Source: Candidatus Saccharimonadales bacterium (GTDB lineage Bacteria > Patescibacteriota > Saccharimonadia > Saccharimonadales > OMJO01). Taken from it: 64,000 nucleotides of DNA. Of the stretch, positions 26,494-36,994 are shown one piece after another (positions within the stretch are counted from its first letter, which is position 1; each line of letters starts with the position of its first letter). The stretch lies in the NCBI GenBank assembly GCA_035480035.1, contig DATIID010000001.1:265323-329322 (forward strand). The letters run 5' to 3'. The notes under the pieces were generated by a model. The model saw only the letters and a list, made by a program, of their open reading frames with translations. It made no database searches and had not been told where the DNA came from. The translations under genes and the position numbers were made by a program.

Positions 26494-27449
26494 TTTTCGG
26501 TTAGCAAGCCATCTTGAGCGCCGACCTTCTGAACAACGTTCATAGAGTTAATGGGTGCCCACTGTAGTGCCCCTTCGATATTACTGCCTTTAACCAAAGC
26601 CGCCACAAAAGTGCTGGCAAAAGCATCGCCAGCGCCAGTCCGTTCAAAAGGTGGCGCCGGATCAGGATAAGGTGGCATTTTATAGCGGTTTTGGCTATCA
26701 CTGGCATAAGCCCCGTCAGGACCGTCAGTTATTACCGCAATTTTTGTCCCTAGCTCATGCATTCGGTTGAGCAGATCATGGACATCTTGGTGATCACCGC
26801 CCGTCACATTAGCGGCTTCTTCACGGTTTAATATCAGGACTTCGGTTTGTTTATATAGCCGATGGAGCTTTTGGACACCAGCTTGCATCTGAAAAGTGCC
26901 GGGCTGAAAGGCCAACTTAACTTCTGGGTTGTCTTCTAGCCAATCAGCGATATGATCATGGTATTTTTCAAGAGAATTTTTACTGATTGAACTGAAGTAA
27001 ACCCATTTCGGAATATCAATCGAGCGAAACCTTGGCCAATGGTAATCATATTCTTCGTGCTTTATCAAAATTGTTCGCTCTTCTTTGTACCACAAAACAT
27101 AGTGGTAATTACTGACCTTGCCGGGATTAATGTGGATGAAACGTGAGTCGACGTCATTCTTTTCTAACGCGTTGATAATGTCACGCCCGAATTGGTCACC
27201 GCCAACATTTGACACTAAACCACTATTCAGGCCTAACCTCGCAAAGCTAACTGAGGCATTGGCAGCGTTGCCGACACCTTCAATGATTTGAGCATGGTCA
27301 TATGGTACTTTAGTGGCAAATGGTACAGACAGCCAATCACCATCTTCATTGTGATAAACATGAGCATTGTCATCGAGCAGTTTAATAAAAGCATCGGTTA
27401 CCACATCACCAATACTCAGGACATCAATTTGTGAATTATGACTCATCAC
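26436..27449 (-). CDS. PfkB-family carbohydrate kinase (possibly a phosphofructokinase-type enzyme, given the aldolase neighbour)
   Basis: 337 aa; N-terminal LSIGDVVTD and the C-terminal GAGDAFASTFVAAL anion-hole motif. Confidence 0.8.
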   Translation of the reverse strand: MMSHNSQIDVLSIGDVVTDAFIKLLDDNAHVYHNEDGDWLSVPFATKVPYDHAQIIEGVGNAANASVSFARLGLNSGLVSNVGGDQFGRDIINALEKNDVDSRFIHINPGKVSNYHYVLWYKEERTILIKHEEYDYHWPRFRSIDIPKWVYFSSISKNSLEKYHDHIADWLEDNPEVKLAFQPGTFQMQAGVQKLHRLYKQTEVLILNREEAANVTGGDHQDVHDLLNRMHELGTKIAVITDGPDGAYASDSQNRYKMPPYPDPAPPFERTGAGDAFASTFVAALVKGSNIEGALQWAPINSMNVVQKVGAQDGLLTENQLSELLEKAPSWYKPEPF

Positions 27450-27510
27450 CCACCGCTAAATTTACTACTTATGCTATTGTCGCATGGAATGTTTAAACGG
27501 CCAACTGGCA

Positions 27511-28476
27511 TTAATTGAAAGCTTCCTGGTCAACCGGTTTGTCAGTTGGCACTGGTTTCGAGCTAGGTGTTACGGCTTTGCCGGCTGAATTGAACATATC
27601 AATTTTACTCTCCACGACTTTTTGAACAGCAGTAATAACCTTGTCCATTAATTTGACGACAGCATACTCGTCTGGATTATCTTTCAAAACTTGTTCGAGA
27701 GTCGTACGATAAGCTTTGCGAAGGTCGGTGTTGATATTTATTTTGGAGACGCCAATTTTAACGGCATCTTCAAAATAGTGTCCGGGCGTACCACTGCCAC
27801 CATGCAAGCTGATATTACAATCAATCGATGCCCGAATTTGTTTAAGTAACTCTAAATCAAGTATTTTTGGGACTGGGTACGCGCCGTGCAAATTACCAAT
27901 TGCGGCGGCATACGTATCAATCCCGGTTGCTTCGACAAATTCCTGAGCACCATCGGGTGTACTAAAAGTTTTTTTAATTTCGTTATAATCAAAAGCTTTG
28001 GTAAAAACATTAGAGCCACCACCGAAGTAATGGGGTTCACTTTCAACCATGGCGCCAGTTTTTTTAGCGGCATCCACAATTTGTCTAGTTTTTTCGATAA
28101 TTTGGTGCTCGGTGGCATCATGGTCAGCTTGGGAGATATCGATGTGGATGAGCTCATAGCCGGCTTCGATGCCAGCAATCGCCGCTTCGACAGATGGTGA
28201 ATGGTCGAGATTAATGTAAATTTCCACACCGACATCACGCTTGTAGTTATCAACCATATCACGGATATTGTCTAGCCCCATAGCCTCAACCTCACCCTGA
28301 CTGACTTCAACTAGCACTGGAGCTTGCTTATCGCGGGCCGCCCGTACAACGGCTACTAAAGTTTCTTGGTTGTCCAGATTAAAAGCGCCCAATGCAAAAT
28401 GTTCAGTCCGCGCCCGCGCCATCAGCGCTCGCGCTCGGTCGCAATTATACCTAATTTGACTTAGTGATATCGACAA
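27511..28476 (-). CDS. fba: class II fructose/tagatose-bisphosphate aldolase
   Basis: 321 aa; motifs FALGAFNLDN, NLDHS, ISLHGGSGTP and KININTD. Confidence 0.88.
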   Translation of the reverse strand: MSISLSQIRYNCDRARALMARARTEHFALGAFNLDNQETLVAVVRAARDKQAPVLVEVSQGEVEAMGLDNIRDMVDNYKRDVGVEIYINLDHSPSVEAAIAGIEAGYELIHIDISQADHDATEHQIIEKTRQIVDAAKKTGAMVESEPHYFGGGSNVFTKAFDYNEIKKTFSTPDGAQEFVEATGIDTYAAAIGNLHGAYPVPKILDLELLKQIRASIDCNISLHGGSGTPGHYFEDAVKIGVSKININTDLRKAYRTTLEQVLKDNPDEYAVVKLMDKVITAVQKVVESKIDMFNSAGKAVTPSSKPVPTDKPVDQEAFN

Positions 28477-28531
28477 ACTTAGCCTTTCAGATTGCTTATG
28501 CTTTTCAGCATATCATATAATAAAAACAGCG

Positions 28532-29149
28532 ATGCTAAATCGAAACAAATTGCTGGCCATTGTAAGTTGGCTATTACCATCTGGTAGTGGCGTGATTATT
28601 TACTTTTTAACCAGCGTTTTAACGCTGTCACTTAGTAATGCTAATTATTTCCGTAGTTTTTTTGACTTACCACAAAATTTTCATTTTAAAAATGCCTTGC
28701 TCGATTCTATTAACAATTTAGTCCAACGCTTTGTTGGTGATCATATCGCCCGCTCGGCGATTGTGGCCTTATTTTGGGCACTGGTTGGCTTATTGGTCTA
28801 CATGGTCATCTGGGTTATGATCAACTACTCTGACGAGATCGGTAATGATCTGGCGGTGACAAAATATATGCACCCCCGTAACAGCGATACTCGTTCACCG
28901 CTACGTGGTTTAATTGTTAGGATTGCTTTTCAAGTAATAGCTTTAATTATCTTGATAATTTACTTAAATATGGTGATAAACGTTATTATTCCTCGAATTG
29001 GTAATCTTTATCGTCAATCAATTCACCAGTGGCCGAGTTTACAATCTGTCGGACATGGTAGCTTGGGACTACTCTGTGAATTTGTAGCCTTGCATTTAAT
29101 TATTCTGCTGGCGCGCTTATTAACACTTCGAAAAAGAATATTTGGCTAA
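28532..29149 (+). CDS. hypothetical polytopic membrane protein
   Basis: 205 aa with about 4 hydrophobic helices. A TATAAT box (28516-28521) lies 10 nt before the ATG. Confidence 0.55.
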   Translation: MLNRNKLLAIVSWLLPSGSGVIIYFLTSVLTLSLSNANYFRSFFDLPQNFHFKNALLDSINNLVQRFVGDHIARSAIVALFWALVGLLVYMVIWVMINYSDEIGNDLAVTKYMHPRNSDTRSPLRGLIVRIAFQVIALIILIIYLNMVINVIIPRIGNLYRQSIHQWPSLQSVGHGSLGLLCEFVALHLIILLARLLTLRKRIFG

Positions 29150-30129
29150 TTTTTCGAACTGTCGAGCATATCTTCAACAGTAGAAACAATGTGTTTAGCA
29201 TTAAGTCCAAAGTGATCAAGTAGTTCTTCTGGCTTACCCGATTCACCAAAATGATCTTTCATGCCCATACGAATTAATGGTGTAGGCTGATGTTCACTAA
29301 GCAGTTCGGCAACTGCTCCACCCAAACCGCCAGCCATTTGACCTTCTTCAATCGTGATAGCTTTACCAGTTTTTTGAACACTTTTTAATATTGTCACGCC
29401 ATCAAGCGGTTTAATGGTTGGACAATGGATAACTTCAGCTTCAATGCCTTTTTTAAATAGCATCTCAGCTGCTAGCAGCGCTTGATAAGTCATTGTGCCA
29501 GTGGCAATCAAACTTATTTCACTACCAGGTGAGTAGACGTAGGCTTGGCCAATTTCAAACGGTGTTTTATCAGTTGTAATAACTGGTGTGGCTTCTCGGG
29601 CCAAGCGCATGTAGTTTGGTTTATTATTAGTCGCCATGGCTAAGGTCGCGCGCTCGGCTTCCAAGCTATCACCAGGAGCAATTACCACCATATTTGGCAA
29701 AACCCGCATCAAGGCAATGTCCTCAAGCATTTGGTGAGTGGCGCCATCCGGACCAACCGACACTCCGGCATGTGAACCAATAATCTTAACCGGTCGATCG
29801 TTAAGGCAAATGGTGGTTCTGATTTGTTCCCAGTTGCGGCCAGGGCTAAAAGCGGCGTAACTTGATACAAACGGAATCTTACCGACCGCAGCCAGTCCTG
29901 AGCCAACCGTGACTAAGTTTTGTTCAGCTACTCCAATTTCAATAAAACGATCCGGAAAAGCTTCTTTAAACAAATGCATTTGGGTTGATTCAGTCAAATC
30001 AGCGCAGGCCGCCACGACATTGTCGTTAATCTGGCCGGCTTTCAATAAGCCTCGGCCAAAACCTTTGCGAATTGGCTCACTGACTAAATCTTTAGCTGTT
30101 ACATCATCAACTAAATAATACTCACTCAT
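29146..30129 (-). CDS. transketolase, C-terminal (pyrimidine-binding) subunit
   Basis: 327 aa; EIGVAEQNLV and typical Pyr/C-terminal transketolase domains. Overlaps the N-terminal subunit gene by 8 nt. Confidence 0.9.
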   Translation of the reverse strand: MSEYYLVDDVTAKDLVSEPIRKGFGRGLLKAGQINDNVVAACADLTESTQMHLFKEAFPDRFIEIGVAEQNLVTVGSGLAAVGKIPFVSSYAAFSPGRNWEQIRTTICLNDRPVKIIGSHAGVSVGPDGATHQMLEDIALMRVLPNMVVIAPGDSLEAERATLAMATNNKPNYMRLAREATPVITTDKTPFEIGQAYVYSPGSEISLIATGTMTYQALLAAEMLFKKGIEAEVIHCPTIKPLDGVTILKSVQKTGKAITIEEGQMAGGLGGAVAELLSEHQPTPLIRMGMKDHFGESGKPEELLDHFGLNAKHIVSTVEDMLDSSKN

Positions 30130-30979
30130 GTTCGCTCCGGATCTTACCTTCCAGCGTTCTCAGCTCATGGAGGGCTTTTTTAGCCTCTTCGTGATTGGGT
30201 GGCGCGCCGTGCCAATGAAAATCATACTCCATAAAATCAACGCCTTTACCGGGCACTGTGTGCGCTAAAATCATAATTGGTTTTTCAACTACCGCCCGGC
30301 CCATCGCACAAGCATCAATAACCGCTTCAACGTTGTTGCCGTCAATTTCTATAACATGCCAGCCAAAACTTTCCCATTTGCTCTTCAAATCTTCCAGCGG
30401 CATGACAACCTCAGTCGGGCCATCAATTTGAATATTATTACGATCGGTAATGGCAATAATATTGTTAAGCTTGTATTTACTGGCTAGCATGGCCGCTTCC
30501 CAAACATTGCCTTCGTCTTGCTCGCCGTCACTCATAATTACATAAACCCAACGATGCATATCTTTGTTCATGCGCATAGCCAGAGCCACACCGCAAGCTT
30601 GACTTAAACCGGATCCAAGTGGACCACTTGTAGTTTCTAAACCAGGTAAGCGCAATCTTTCGGGGTGTCCTTGCAAACGCGAGCCAAACTGTCGAAGAGT
30701 CATTAGCTCTTTGCGATCAAAGTAACCGGCGTTCGCCATGGTGGCATATCTCACCGGTACGCAGTGTCCATTGCTAAGGAGCAGGATATCGCGCTGATCC
30801 CAATCTGGTTTCTTGGGATCGTGTTTGAGAATTTCAAAATATAAGGCCGTAAATATGTCAGCTAGTCCCAGTGGCCCCGCACTATGACCACTACCTGCAT
30901 GTTCAAGCATTTTGATAATATCTTCACGGATAGTTGTAGCAACGATTTCGAGTTCTTGAATAGTCAATTGTTTTTTCAT
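30122..30979 (-). CDS. transketolase, N-terminal (TPP-binding) subunit
   Basis: 285 aa; motifs GSGHSAGPLG, LSNGH and IMSDGEQDEGNVWEA. Confidence 0.9.
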   Translation of the reverse strand: MKKQLTIQELEIVATTIREDIIKMLEHAGSGHSAGPLGLADIFTALYFEILKHDPKKPDWDQRDILLLSNGHCVPVRYATMANAGYFDRKELMTLRQFGSRLQGHPERLRLPGLETTSGPLGSGLSQACGVALAMRMNKDMHRWVYVIMSDGEQDEGNVWEAAMLASKYKLNNIIAITDRNNIQIDGPTEVVMPLEDLKSKWESFGWHVIEIDGNNVEAVIDACAMGRAVVEKPIMILAHTVPGKGVDFMEYDFHWHGAPPNHEEAKKALHELRTLEGKIRSEHE

Positions 30980-31614
30980 TTGTATCTTGTAACTAACTCT
31001 TCTAGTTTAGCATAAGCCGAGGTCGGATCATCGGCTTTTTGAATAAAACCGCCGACATTTAAAACATCAACACCGCCGCTTAGCAAAGCATTAACGTTGT
31101 GTTCGTTAATCCCGCCGTCCCAGCCAATTTCAAGTTCGGGTTTGAGGTGTTTAAGCTCGGTTATTTTCCGCAACAGACTTAGATCAGCCTTGCCGCCAAA
31201 CCGGCCTAAGTCACCAGAAAAAATTAAAACATGGTCAATTAAATCTAACCCCGATTGAATAGTCGAGACTGGTGTGTTGGCTAGTAGAGCAACACCGACT
31301 TTTATGCCCGCTGCATGTAATTGATCGGCAAAATTCTGAAAATCACCATGTGTCTCGGCATGAACTATGGCCAAATGTGGTTGATGTTGCAAAATTACAT
31401 TAAGTGTTTGGTCGGGTCGGCGAAACATGAGATGTACGTCAGCTGTTACACCAGCTGGCCACCAAATTTGATCGAGTCCAGGCGATTTAGTTGGCGTTAA
31501 CTGACCATCCATAAAATCCAAATGGATACGCTTGGTAAAATGGGCAATTCGTTCAATCTGTTGACGATATTCATCTGTTGTCGTAGCGGTTACGGTTGGA
31601 CAAATAACGGCCAT
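30976..31614 (-). CDS. rpe: ribulose-phosphate 3-epimerase-family TIM-barrel protein
   Basis: 212 aa; the IHLDFMDGQLTP metal/substrate motif and its position in the pentose-phosphate block. More divergent than canonical Rpe. Confidence 0.7.
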   Translation of the reverse strand: MAVICPTVTATTTDEYRQQIERIAHFTKRIHLDFMDGQLTPTKSPGLDQIWWPAGVTADVHLMFRRPDQTLNVILQHQPHLAIVHAETHGDFQNFADQLHAAGIKVGVALLANTPVSTIQSGLDLIDHVLIFSGDLGRFGGKADLSLLRKITELKHLKPELEIGWDGGINEHNVNALLSGGVDVLNVGGFIQKADDPTSAYAKLEELVTRYK

Positions 31615-32057
31615 TACAGCTCATCCAATTCCTTTAAACGGCGAACAAAGCGTGGCGCCGCTTCAAATTTAGTGTTAAGCCAAACGTCAACAATTTGTTT
31701 AAGCTGGTTGTTTTCCAGGTCATCGGCCGGCAAGCACAAAATATTACTGTCGTCATCATTCCGTGATAATTTGGCAGCTTCACGATTGTAACCGAGGACT
31801 GCTCGAATGCCTTTGTGGCGATTGGCGGCCATACACATACCCTGGCCACTACCACACAACAAAATACCGCGAGCGTCCTTATCGTCGCTAGCTAACACAT
31901 CAGTTACTACTTGTTTGGCAAACACTGGGAAATCATCATCTGGATCAAGTCTTTGATCACCGTCGTCCAGAACTGGGTAACCACTATCTTTCAGAAATTT
32001 AACCAACGGCTGTTTGAGCTGATAACCACGATGGTCAGTACCAACGTAAATTTTCAT
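31614..32057 (-). CDS. rpiB: ribose-5-phosphate isomerase B
   Basis: 147 aa; GTDHRGYQLK and LLCGSGQGMCMAANRHKGIRA. Confidence 0.9.
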   Translation of the reverse strand: MKIYVGTDHRGYQLKQPLVKFLKDSGYPVLDDGDQRLDPDDDFPVFAKQVVTDVLASDDKDARGILLCGSGQGMCMAANRHKGIRAVLGYNREAAKLSRNDDDSNILCLPADDLENNQLKQIVDVWLNTKFEAAPRFVRRLKELDEL

Positions 32058-32060
32058 AAT

Positions 32061-33098
32061 TTAATCGGCCTTGGGTTTGGTCGGTGGGTTATGAATTAGC
32101 CGGCCAGCATCAGCGACCAGTTCAACCAAACGGTTACTGTAACCCCATTCATTGTCATACCACACCACCACTTTAGCCAGTGTCCCATCAACGACGTTAG
32201 TAAGTAGCAGATCAATAATACCGGAATGGCTGTTGCCAACATAGTCTTTACTGACCAAGGGTTCGTCGGATATATCAAGAATACCCTGGAAATATGGCTC
32301 TTTAACGGCTTTTTTAAATACCTCGTTAATTTCATCAACTGTGGCCTTATGTTCCAATACCATAGTTATATCACTCAGACTAACTACTGGGCTGGGTACA
32401 CGCACACTCATGCCGTCAAACTTGCCCTTTAGTTGTGGCAAAGCTAATGTCACGGCAATGGCTGCACCGGTAGTCGTTGGCACGATGTTTTCAGCCGCCG
32501 CTCGGGTTTCACGCATATCCTTGGCTGGACCATCCTGCAAGGCCTGGCTAGCCGTATAGCTGTGCACAGTTGTCAGCATAGCTCGGGTAACGCCCAAGGC
32601 TTCATCCATGATGGCCATAACTGCGGCGACTGAGTTGGTTGTGCAACTAGCGTTACTAATAATATCGCCGGCTTTAGCGAGTGCATCTTCATTGGCGCCA
32701 ATTACCAGCGTTTCAATGTCAGCACTCTTGGTCGGCGCCGAAATCACCACTTTTTTAGCGCCAGCCTTCAGGTGTTGAGCGGCATCTTCGCTTTTGGTAA
32801 AACGTCCGGTCGATTCAATAACGACATCGACACCTAATTTACCCCAAGGCAGTTTAGTTGGATCTTTTTCAGCAGTAACAGGGATTCTAAGTCCTTCAAC
32901 AATAAGGTTGCTGTCGTCAAAACCAACCTGTCGATTGTAGGCACCATAGTTACTGTCGTGTTTTAACAAATAAGCCAGGGTTTTGGTGTCAGTTAAGTCG
33001 TTGATGGCGACAATATCTAAATCAGCCCGGTCAAAGGCAATCTTAAAAGCATTTCGACCAATTCGGCCAAAACCATTGATAGCAATGTTGGTTTTCAT
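32061..33098 (-). CDS. gap: type I glyceraldehyde-3-phosphate dehydrogenase
   Basis: 345 aa; INGFGRIGRN, the ASCTTNS active site, and WYDNEWGYS. Confidence 0.95.
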   Translation of the reverse strand: MKTNIAINGFGRIGRNAFKIAFDRADLDIVAINDLTDTKTLAYLLKHDSNYGAYNRQVGFDDSNLIVEGLRIPVTAEKDPTKLPWGKLGVDVVIESTGRFTKSEDAAQHLKAGAKKVVISAPTKSADIETLVIGANEDALAKAGDIISNASCTTNSVAAVMAIMDEALGVTRAMLTTVHSYTASQALQDGPAKDMRETRAAAENIVPTTTGAAIAVTLALPQLKGKFDGMSVRVPSPVVSLSDITMVLEHKATVDEINEVFKKAVKEPYFQGILDISDEPLVSKDYVGNSHSGIIDLLLTNVVDGTLAKVVVWYDNEWGYSNRLVELVADAGRLIHNPPTKPKAD

Positions 33099-33174
33099 CT
33101 GTTAGTTACCCCCAATTTAGCATTAGCAGTTCACTTGCTATTGTACGGGGTTCAGATATGTAGCGCAATATGGC

Positions 33175-33702
33175 TTATTTTTTGAAACGGTCAATGCACT
33201 CGTTGATGATCTTTTTTGCATCATCCGGGCCACCCCAGCCGAGAACCTTGGTAGTACCAGGTTTTTTTAGGTCTTTGTAGTGATTGAAATGATGTTCAAT
33301 TTTCTGCTTCCACCTGGGGTGGATGTTGTCCAATGAATCAATGGCGTCGCCGGTATTACGATCATCAGACGGCACGCAAACAATTTTATGATCCATTTCA
33401 CCGTCGTCTTCAAAATTTAAGACACCCAGGATTTTGGCTTTAACGTTAACGCCAGTTGGGATTGGATCGTTTGTTAGTACTAAGGTATCGAGTTCATCGC
33501 CATCTTCGTCGAGAGTTTGTGGGATAAAACCATAGTTGCAAGGCTTGGCAAAAATACTCGGCTCCACACGATCCAATTCAAAGATCGCCAAGTCGCGTCG
33601 CCATTCAATCTTCAGCGTTGACCATTTGGGAATCTCGATAACGGTATTGATTACTCCGCCGTTAACATCACCCGGAGTTAAGACCTTGTTAAAGTCAGCC
33701 AT
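33175..33702 (-). CDS. ppa: inorganic pyrophosphatase (family I)
   Basis: 175 aa; VIEIPKWS...KIEW and DGDELDTLVL acidic metal-site motifs. Confidence 0.9.
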   Translation of the reverse strand: MADFNKVLTPGDVNGGVINTVIEIPKWSTLKIEWRRDLAIFELDRVEPSIFAKPCNYGFIPQTLDEDGDELDTLVLTNDPIPTGVNVKAKILGVLNFEDDGEMDHKIVCVPSDDRNTGDAIDSLDNIHPRWKQKIEHHFNHYKDLKKPGTTKVLGWGGPDDAKKIINECIDRFKK

Positions 33703-33754
33703 AAGGTTCTCCTTATCTAATTTACTCGGATATATTGTACACTAAAGTTTGATT

Positions 33755-34435
33755 ATGAAAGTTATTGGCCACCGCGGAGCCGCCAGTTTAGCACCCGAAA
33801 ACAGTTTAGCTAGTCTTCAGGCTGCAATTAACGCCGGAGTTGATGCAATCGAGTTCGATGTCCGCGTTACGGCTGATCACCAGTTGGTTTTAAGTCATGA
33901 TAACTCGCTCCAACGGTTGTTTGGTATTAATCAGAAAATATCAAGTTGCAGCCTTGAACAACTTAAAACATTCAAAAGTTTAGCCGGTGAGCCATTGGCC
34001 ACTTTAGATCAAGCTTTAATATTAGCGGCCGAGACCAACTTGGTTATCGAAGGTAAAGACCATGGCTGGGCAGAGCCGTTAGCTAAAACTTTAAAAAATC
34101 ACCCCAATATTAAAAATATAACAGTAATCTCATTTAATTATCTTGAACTACACCAATTCAATGAATTGTATCCTGCAACCCGTTGTTTTGGCTTAAGTCA
34201 CCATAGCCCTTTGCATGTTATCAACGCCGCACGGAAATATAAATTTGCTGGCATTGATATTTTTTATCTAATGTTAAACCCCCTAGTCTATTATTTGGCT
34301 CGGCGTCATAAACTGGAAATCATTGTCTATAACGTTAATCAGCCCTGGTTAGCCAAATTGATTAAGCACTTCTATCCGGAAGTGTCGATTACCACGGATG
34401 TCCCACAAAAATTACAGCTTTTAAGATCTCGTTAA
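33755..34435 (+). CDS. glycerophosphodiester phosphodiesterase-family protein
   Basis: VIGHRGA...APENSL...IEFDV motifs. The track starts at TTG 33749; I prefer ATG 33755. Confidence 0.8.
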   Translation: MKVIGHRGAASLAPENSLASLQAAINAGVDAIEFDVRVTADHQLVLSHDNSLQRLFGINQKISSCSLEQLKTFKSLAGEPLATLDQALILAAETNLVIEGKDHGWAEPLAKTLKNHPNIKNITVISFNYLELHQFNELYPATRCFGLSHHSPLHVINAARKYKFAGIDIFYLMLNPLVYYLARRHKLEIIVYNVNQPWLAKLIKHFYPEVSITTDVPQKLQLLRSR

Positions 34436-34458
34436 GCTTGTCGGCTATAATTGCCTTT

Positions 34459-35148
34459 ATGAAGGTTATATTTGATCGACTCGAACCACTAACGTCATCC
34501 ATTAACACCTTTTGGTTTAAACCGAATAAACCAGTTGATTATCAAGCTGGTCAATTTACAGAGATAAAATTGCCTCACAACCATGTTGATGACCGTGGTG
34601 ACAAGCGTTGGTTTACAATTTCCGCCTCCCCAACTGACCACTTAATTTCGATAACTACCAAATTTTCAGAACCCAGCAGTTCGTTCAAGCAACAATTAAT
34701 CAAACTTCTACCAGGTACACCACTTCATTTAGCTGACCCGATGGGTGATTTCGTGTTGCCAAAAGATAAGTCAATCCCTTTAGTTTTTGTAGCTGGTGGT
34801 ATGGGCATTACACCAATGCATAGCATGGTCAAATTTCTAACCGACCAGAAGCTCAAGCGTAAAATTCAGCTCATCTATGCCACCCAAACTCCAACAGACC
34901 AATTGTGGCTTAATTTGTTTGAAGCTTATTGTTCAAAGGTTACCCTGTTAAGTCGTCAAGAAGACGGCGATAAAGCTAATTTAACTGCCGATCAAATCCT
35001 CCAGCTAACTAAACCAACAGATTCGTCCCGTATTTATCTTTCAGGGCCAGAGCCGATGATTGAAAATCTTGTTGAACAATTTGATAAATTAAAGATAGAT
35101 TCTAATCGACTGGTGACAGATTATTTCCCCGGTTATCTGCCAATCTAA
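34459..35148 (+). CDS. FNR-like FAD/NAD(P)-binding oxidoreductase
   Basis: GQFTEIKL, RWFTISASP (the RxYS-type FAD motif) and VFVAGGMGITP (NAD motif). A TATAAT box (34446-34451) 7 nt before ATG 34459 argues against the TTG start at 34438 in the track. Confidence 0.75.
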   Translation: MKVIFDRLEPLTSSINTFWFKPNKPVDYQAGQFTEIKLPHNHVDDRGDKRWFTISASPTDHLISITTKFSEPSSSFKQQLIKLLPGTPLHLADPMGDFVLPKDKSIPLVFVAGGMGITPMHSMVKFLTDQKLKRKIQLIYATQTPTDQLWLNLFEAYCSKVTLLSRQEDGDKANLTADQILQLTKPTDSSRIYLSGPEPMIENLVEQFDKLKIDSNRLVTDYFPGYLPI

Positions 35149-35627
35149 ACTTGTGACGACTCGCTCAGTTTATCGGCCACTCGGTTATAAAAAGATAAGT
35201 AATTGTCAGGTATTGGCTTCATTAAGTGGCTGACTGCTGTGTTGAGCTTGGGCTTCACTAAGCGTAATAATGCCCGGCCTTTAACCGTGGTTTGTAATAG
35301 GTGTTGGCGTCGATCGTGACGATTAGTTTTCTGAACAATCAACTGTTGACTGACTAATCGGCTAGTTAGCGAAGTAATCTGGGGCAAGTTAACTCCCAAT
35401 ATTTTAGCGGCTTGCTTCATGCTCAAATTTCCTTTTTGCTGATTAATGATATCCAGCAGTAGCCACTCGGTTAATGAAATATGGTTTGATTTTAAAACTT
35501 TTTCAATTGTCGAACGCAGTTTTCGATCTATCCGAGTGTGCCGTAAATATATTTCAAAAACCGTTGATTTATTGTATTTCTTAGTTTGATCGGTCGATTT
35601 AATTTTTACGTCAATGACTTTAGCCAT
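35145..35627 (-). CDS. MarR-family transcriptional regulator
   Basis: 160 aa; winged-HTH segment MKQAAKILGVNLPQITSLTSRLVSQQLIVQKTNRHDRRQHLLQTTVKG. Overlaps the trxB stop by 8 nt. Confidence 0.8.
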   Translation of the reverse strand: MAKVIDVKIKSTDQTKKYNKSTVFEIYLRHTRIDRKLRSTIEKVLKSNHISLTEWLLLDIINQQKGNLSMKQAAKILGVNLPQITSLTSRLVSQQLIVQKTNRHDRRQHLLQTTVKGRALLRLVKPKLNTAVSHLMKPIPDNYLSFYNRVADKLSESSQV

Positions 35628-36582
35628 TGGGATGCGCTTCTAAGTATTTACGAATCATCATTGCGGCAGTGGCGCCTTCACCAGCCGCGCTAGCAATTTG
35701 CATAGTTGCACCGCTTCGGACATCACCGGCCGCAAACACCCCAGACATTGATGTTTCAAGTAGCTCATTAGTTTTAATCATCCCGACTTGATCGAGCTCG
35801 ATTGGGCTGCCCTTAAGGAATTGGGTATTAGGCATTAGGCCAATAAACACAAATACCCCATCAGTCTCAAATTCAACTTTCTTACCAGTTGTCGCATCTG
35901 TACCGACAACTTTATTGACCTTACTCCCTTCTTTATTTGGATCACCGACAATTTCATCAGTGGTAGTGTTTAAGTGAATCGTGACCTTGTCAGCGTGCTT
36001 GGCCAGATCTTGTTGCAATATATCGGAAGCACGCATTTTTGGACCACGCACTAATAGATCAATGTGTGAAGCAAATTTGGTTAAAAACAAGGTTTCCTGA
36101 GCCGCTGAATTGCCACCACCAACAATAACTAAACGCTTATCTCTGTAAAAAGCACCGTCGCAGGTGGCACAATAGTGGACACCACGGGCGTAATACTCCA
36201 TTTCGCCCGGAACACCAAGTTTCTTGTAATCACTACCAGTGGCGATTAATACGGCCTTAGCCTTGATTGGGCCATCAGTAGTCTCAACTTCCTTATAATC
36301 ACCTTCGTCGGTTATTTTCATCACTTCGCCGAGTCGAATTTCGGCACCGAAACGTTCAGCTTGTTTTTGTAAACTATCAGCTAATTCCAAACCAGCTACG
36401 CCGTTAGGAAAGCCCGGATAATTATCAACCAGATCGGTAATCGCTGCTAAGCCGCCAATCACCCCTTTTTCATACAAAACAGTCTCAATATCCTCTCGCG
36501 TCGTATAAATCGCGGCGCTTAGTGATGCTGGGCCGGCGCCAACCATCACCACATCATAAATTTTATCTTTGTCCTCTGCCAT
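35620..36582 (-). CDS. trxB: thioredoxin-disulfide reductase
   Basis: 320 aa; GAGPASLSAA, the CATCDG redox centre, GGGNSA, and GDVRSG near the C-terminus. Confidence 0.93.
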   Translation of the reverse strand: MAEDKDKIYDVVMVGAGPASLSAAIYTTREDIETVLYEKGVIGGLAAITDLVDNYPGFPNGVAGLELADSLQKQAERFGAEIRLGEVMKITDEGDYKEVETTDGPIKAKAVLIATGSDYKKLGVPGEMEYYARGVHYCATCDGAFYRDKRLVIVGGGNSAAQETLFLTKFASHIDLLVRGPKMRASDILQQDLAKHADKVTIHLNTTTDEIVGDPNKEGSKVNKVVGTDATTGKKVEFETDGVFVFIGLMPNTQFLKGSPIELDQVGMIKTNELLETSMSGVFAAGDVRSGATMQIASAAGEGATAAMMIRKYLEAHPNG

Positions 36583-36700
36583 AAATCTCCTTCATTATAC
36601 TGCAACTTTTTATTAGTAAGAGCAGCAACGGTCCAGCCCACAGGGCTGGATTTGAATTTATTTCAAAAGTTGCGATGAGAAACCCTGAAAGGGTGATTCA

Positions 36701-36949
36701 TTACGCTATTGCCGGGGCAAGTTTGGCCAAGTTATAGCCAACCACCACCTCTCGACTATCATCTCCTTTGGTCACGACTGTAACTGGTACCGCAAACTGG
36801 CCGCTCATTTCATAAGCTTCCTTTTGACGGTCAGGATTAGTTTCAACATTCACCTCATCATAGTTGAAACCCTTAGCCTGTAACCAACGCTTAACCATTG
36901 GACAGTAAGCGCAAGTATTAGTCGTGTAAATTGTTATATTTTTAACCAT
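36701..36949 (-). CDS. glutaredoxin-like protein (NrdH/YruB class)
   Basis: 82 aa; ITIYTTNTCAYCPMVKRWL with a CxxC motif, and a VPV motif downstream. Confidence 0.8.
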   Translation of the reverse strand: MVKNITIYTTNTCAYCPMVKRWLQAKGFNYDEVNVETNPDRQKEAYEMSGQFAVPVTVVTKGDDSREVVVGYNLAKLAPAIA

Positions 36950-36994
36950 TTTAGCCCCTTGTTTTATATTTTTAACTGTGTTGCTGGGTATATT

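Noticed and set aside
29146-30979. Transketolase encoded as two ORFs (285 aa and 327 aa): a possible frameshifted pseudogene.
   Set aside because: The split falls exactly between the TPP-binding and Pyr/C-terminal domains. It has an 8-nt overlap typical of coupled subunit genes, and both halves are intact. Split transketolases are a well-known natural arrangement.
36632-36650. GC-rich hairpin TCCAGCCC-ACA-GGGCTGGA between the grx-like gene and trxB as the terminator of the grx-like gene.
   Set aside because: The T-rich tract follows the stem on the plus strand, not on the minus strand where both flanking genes lie. On the gene strand there is no U-run. It may be a processing or stability element, but I cannot support calling it a terminator.
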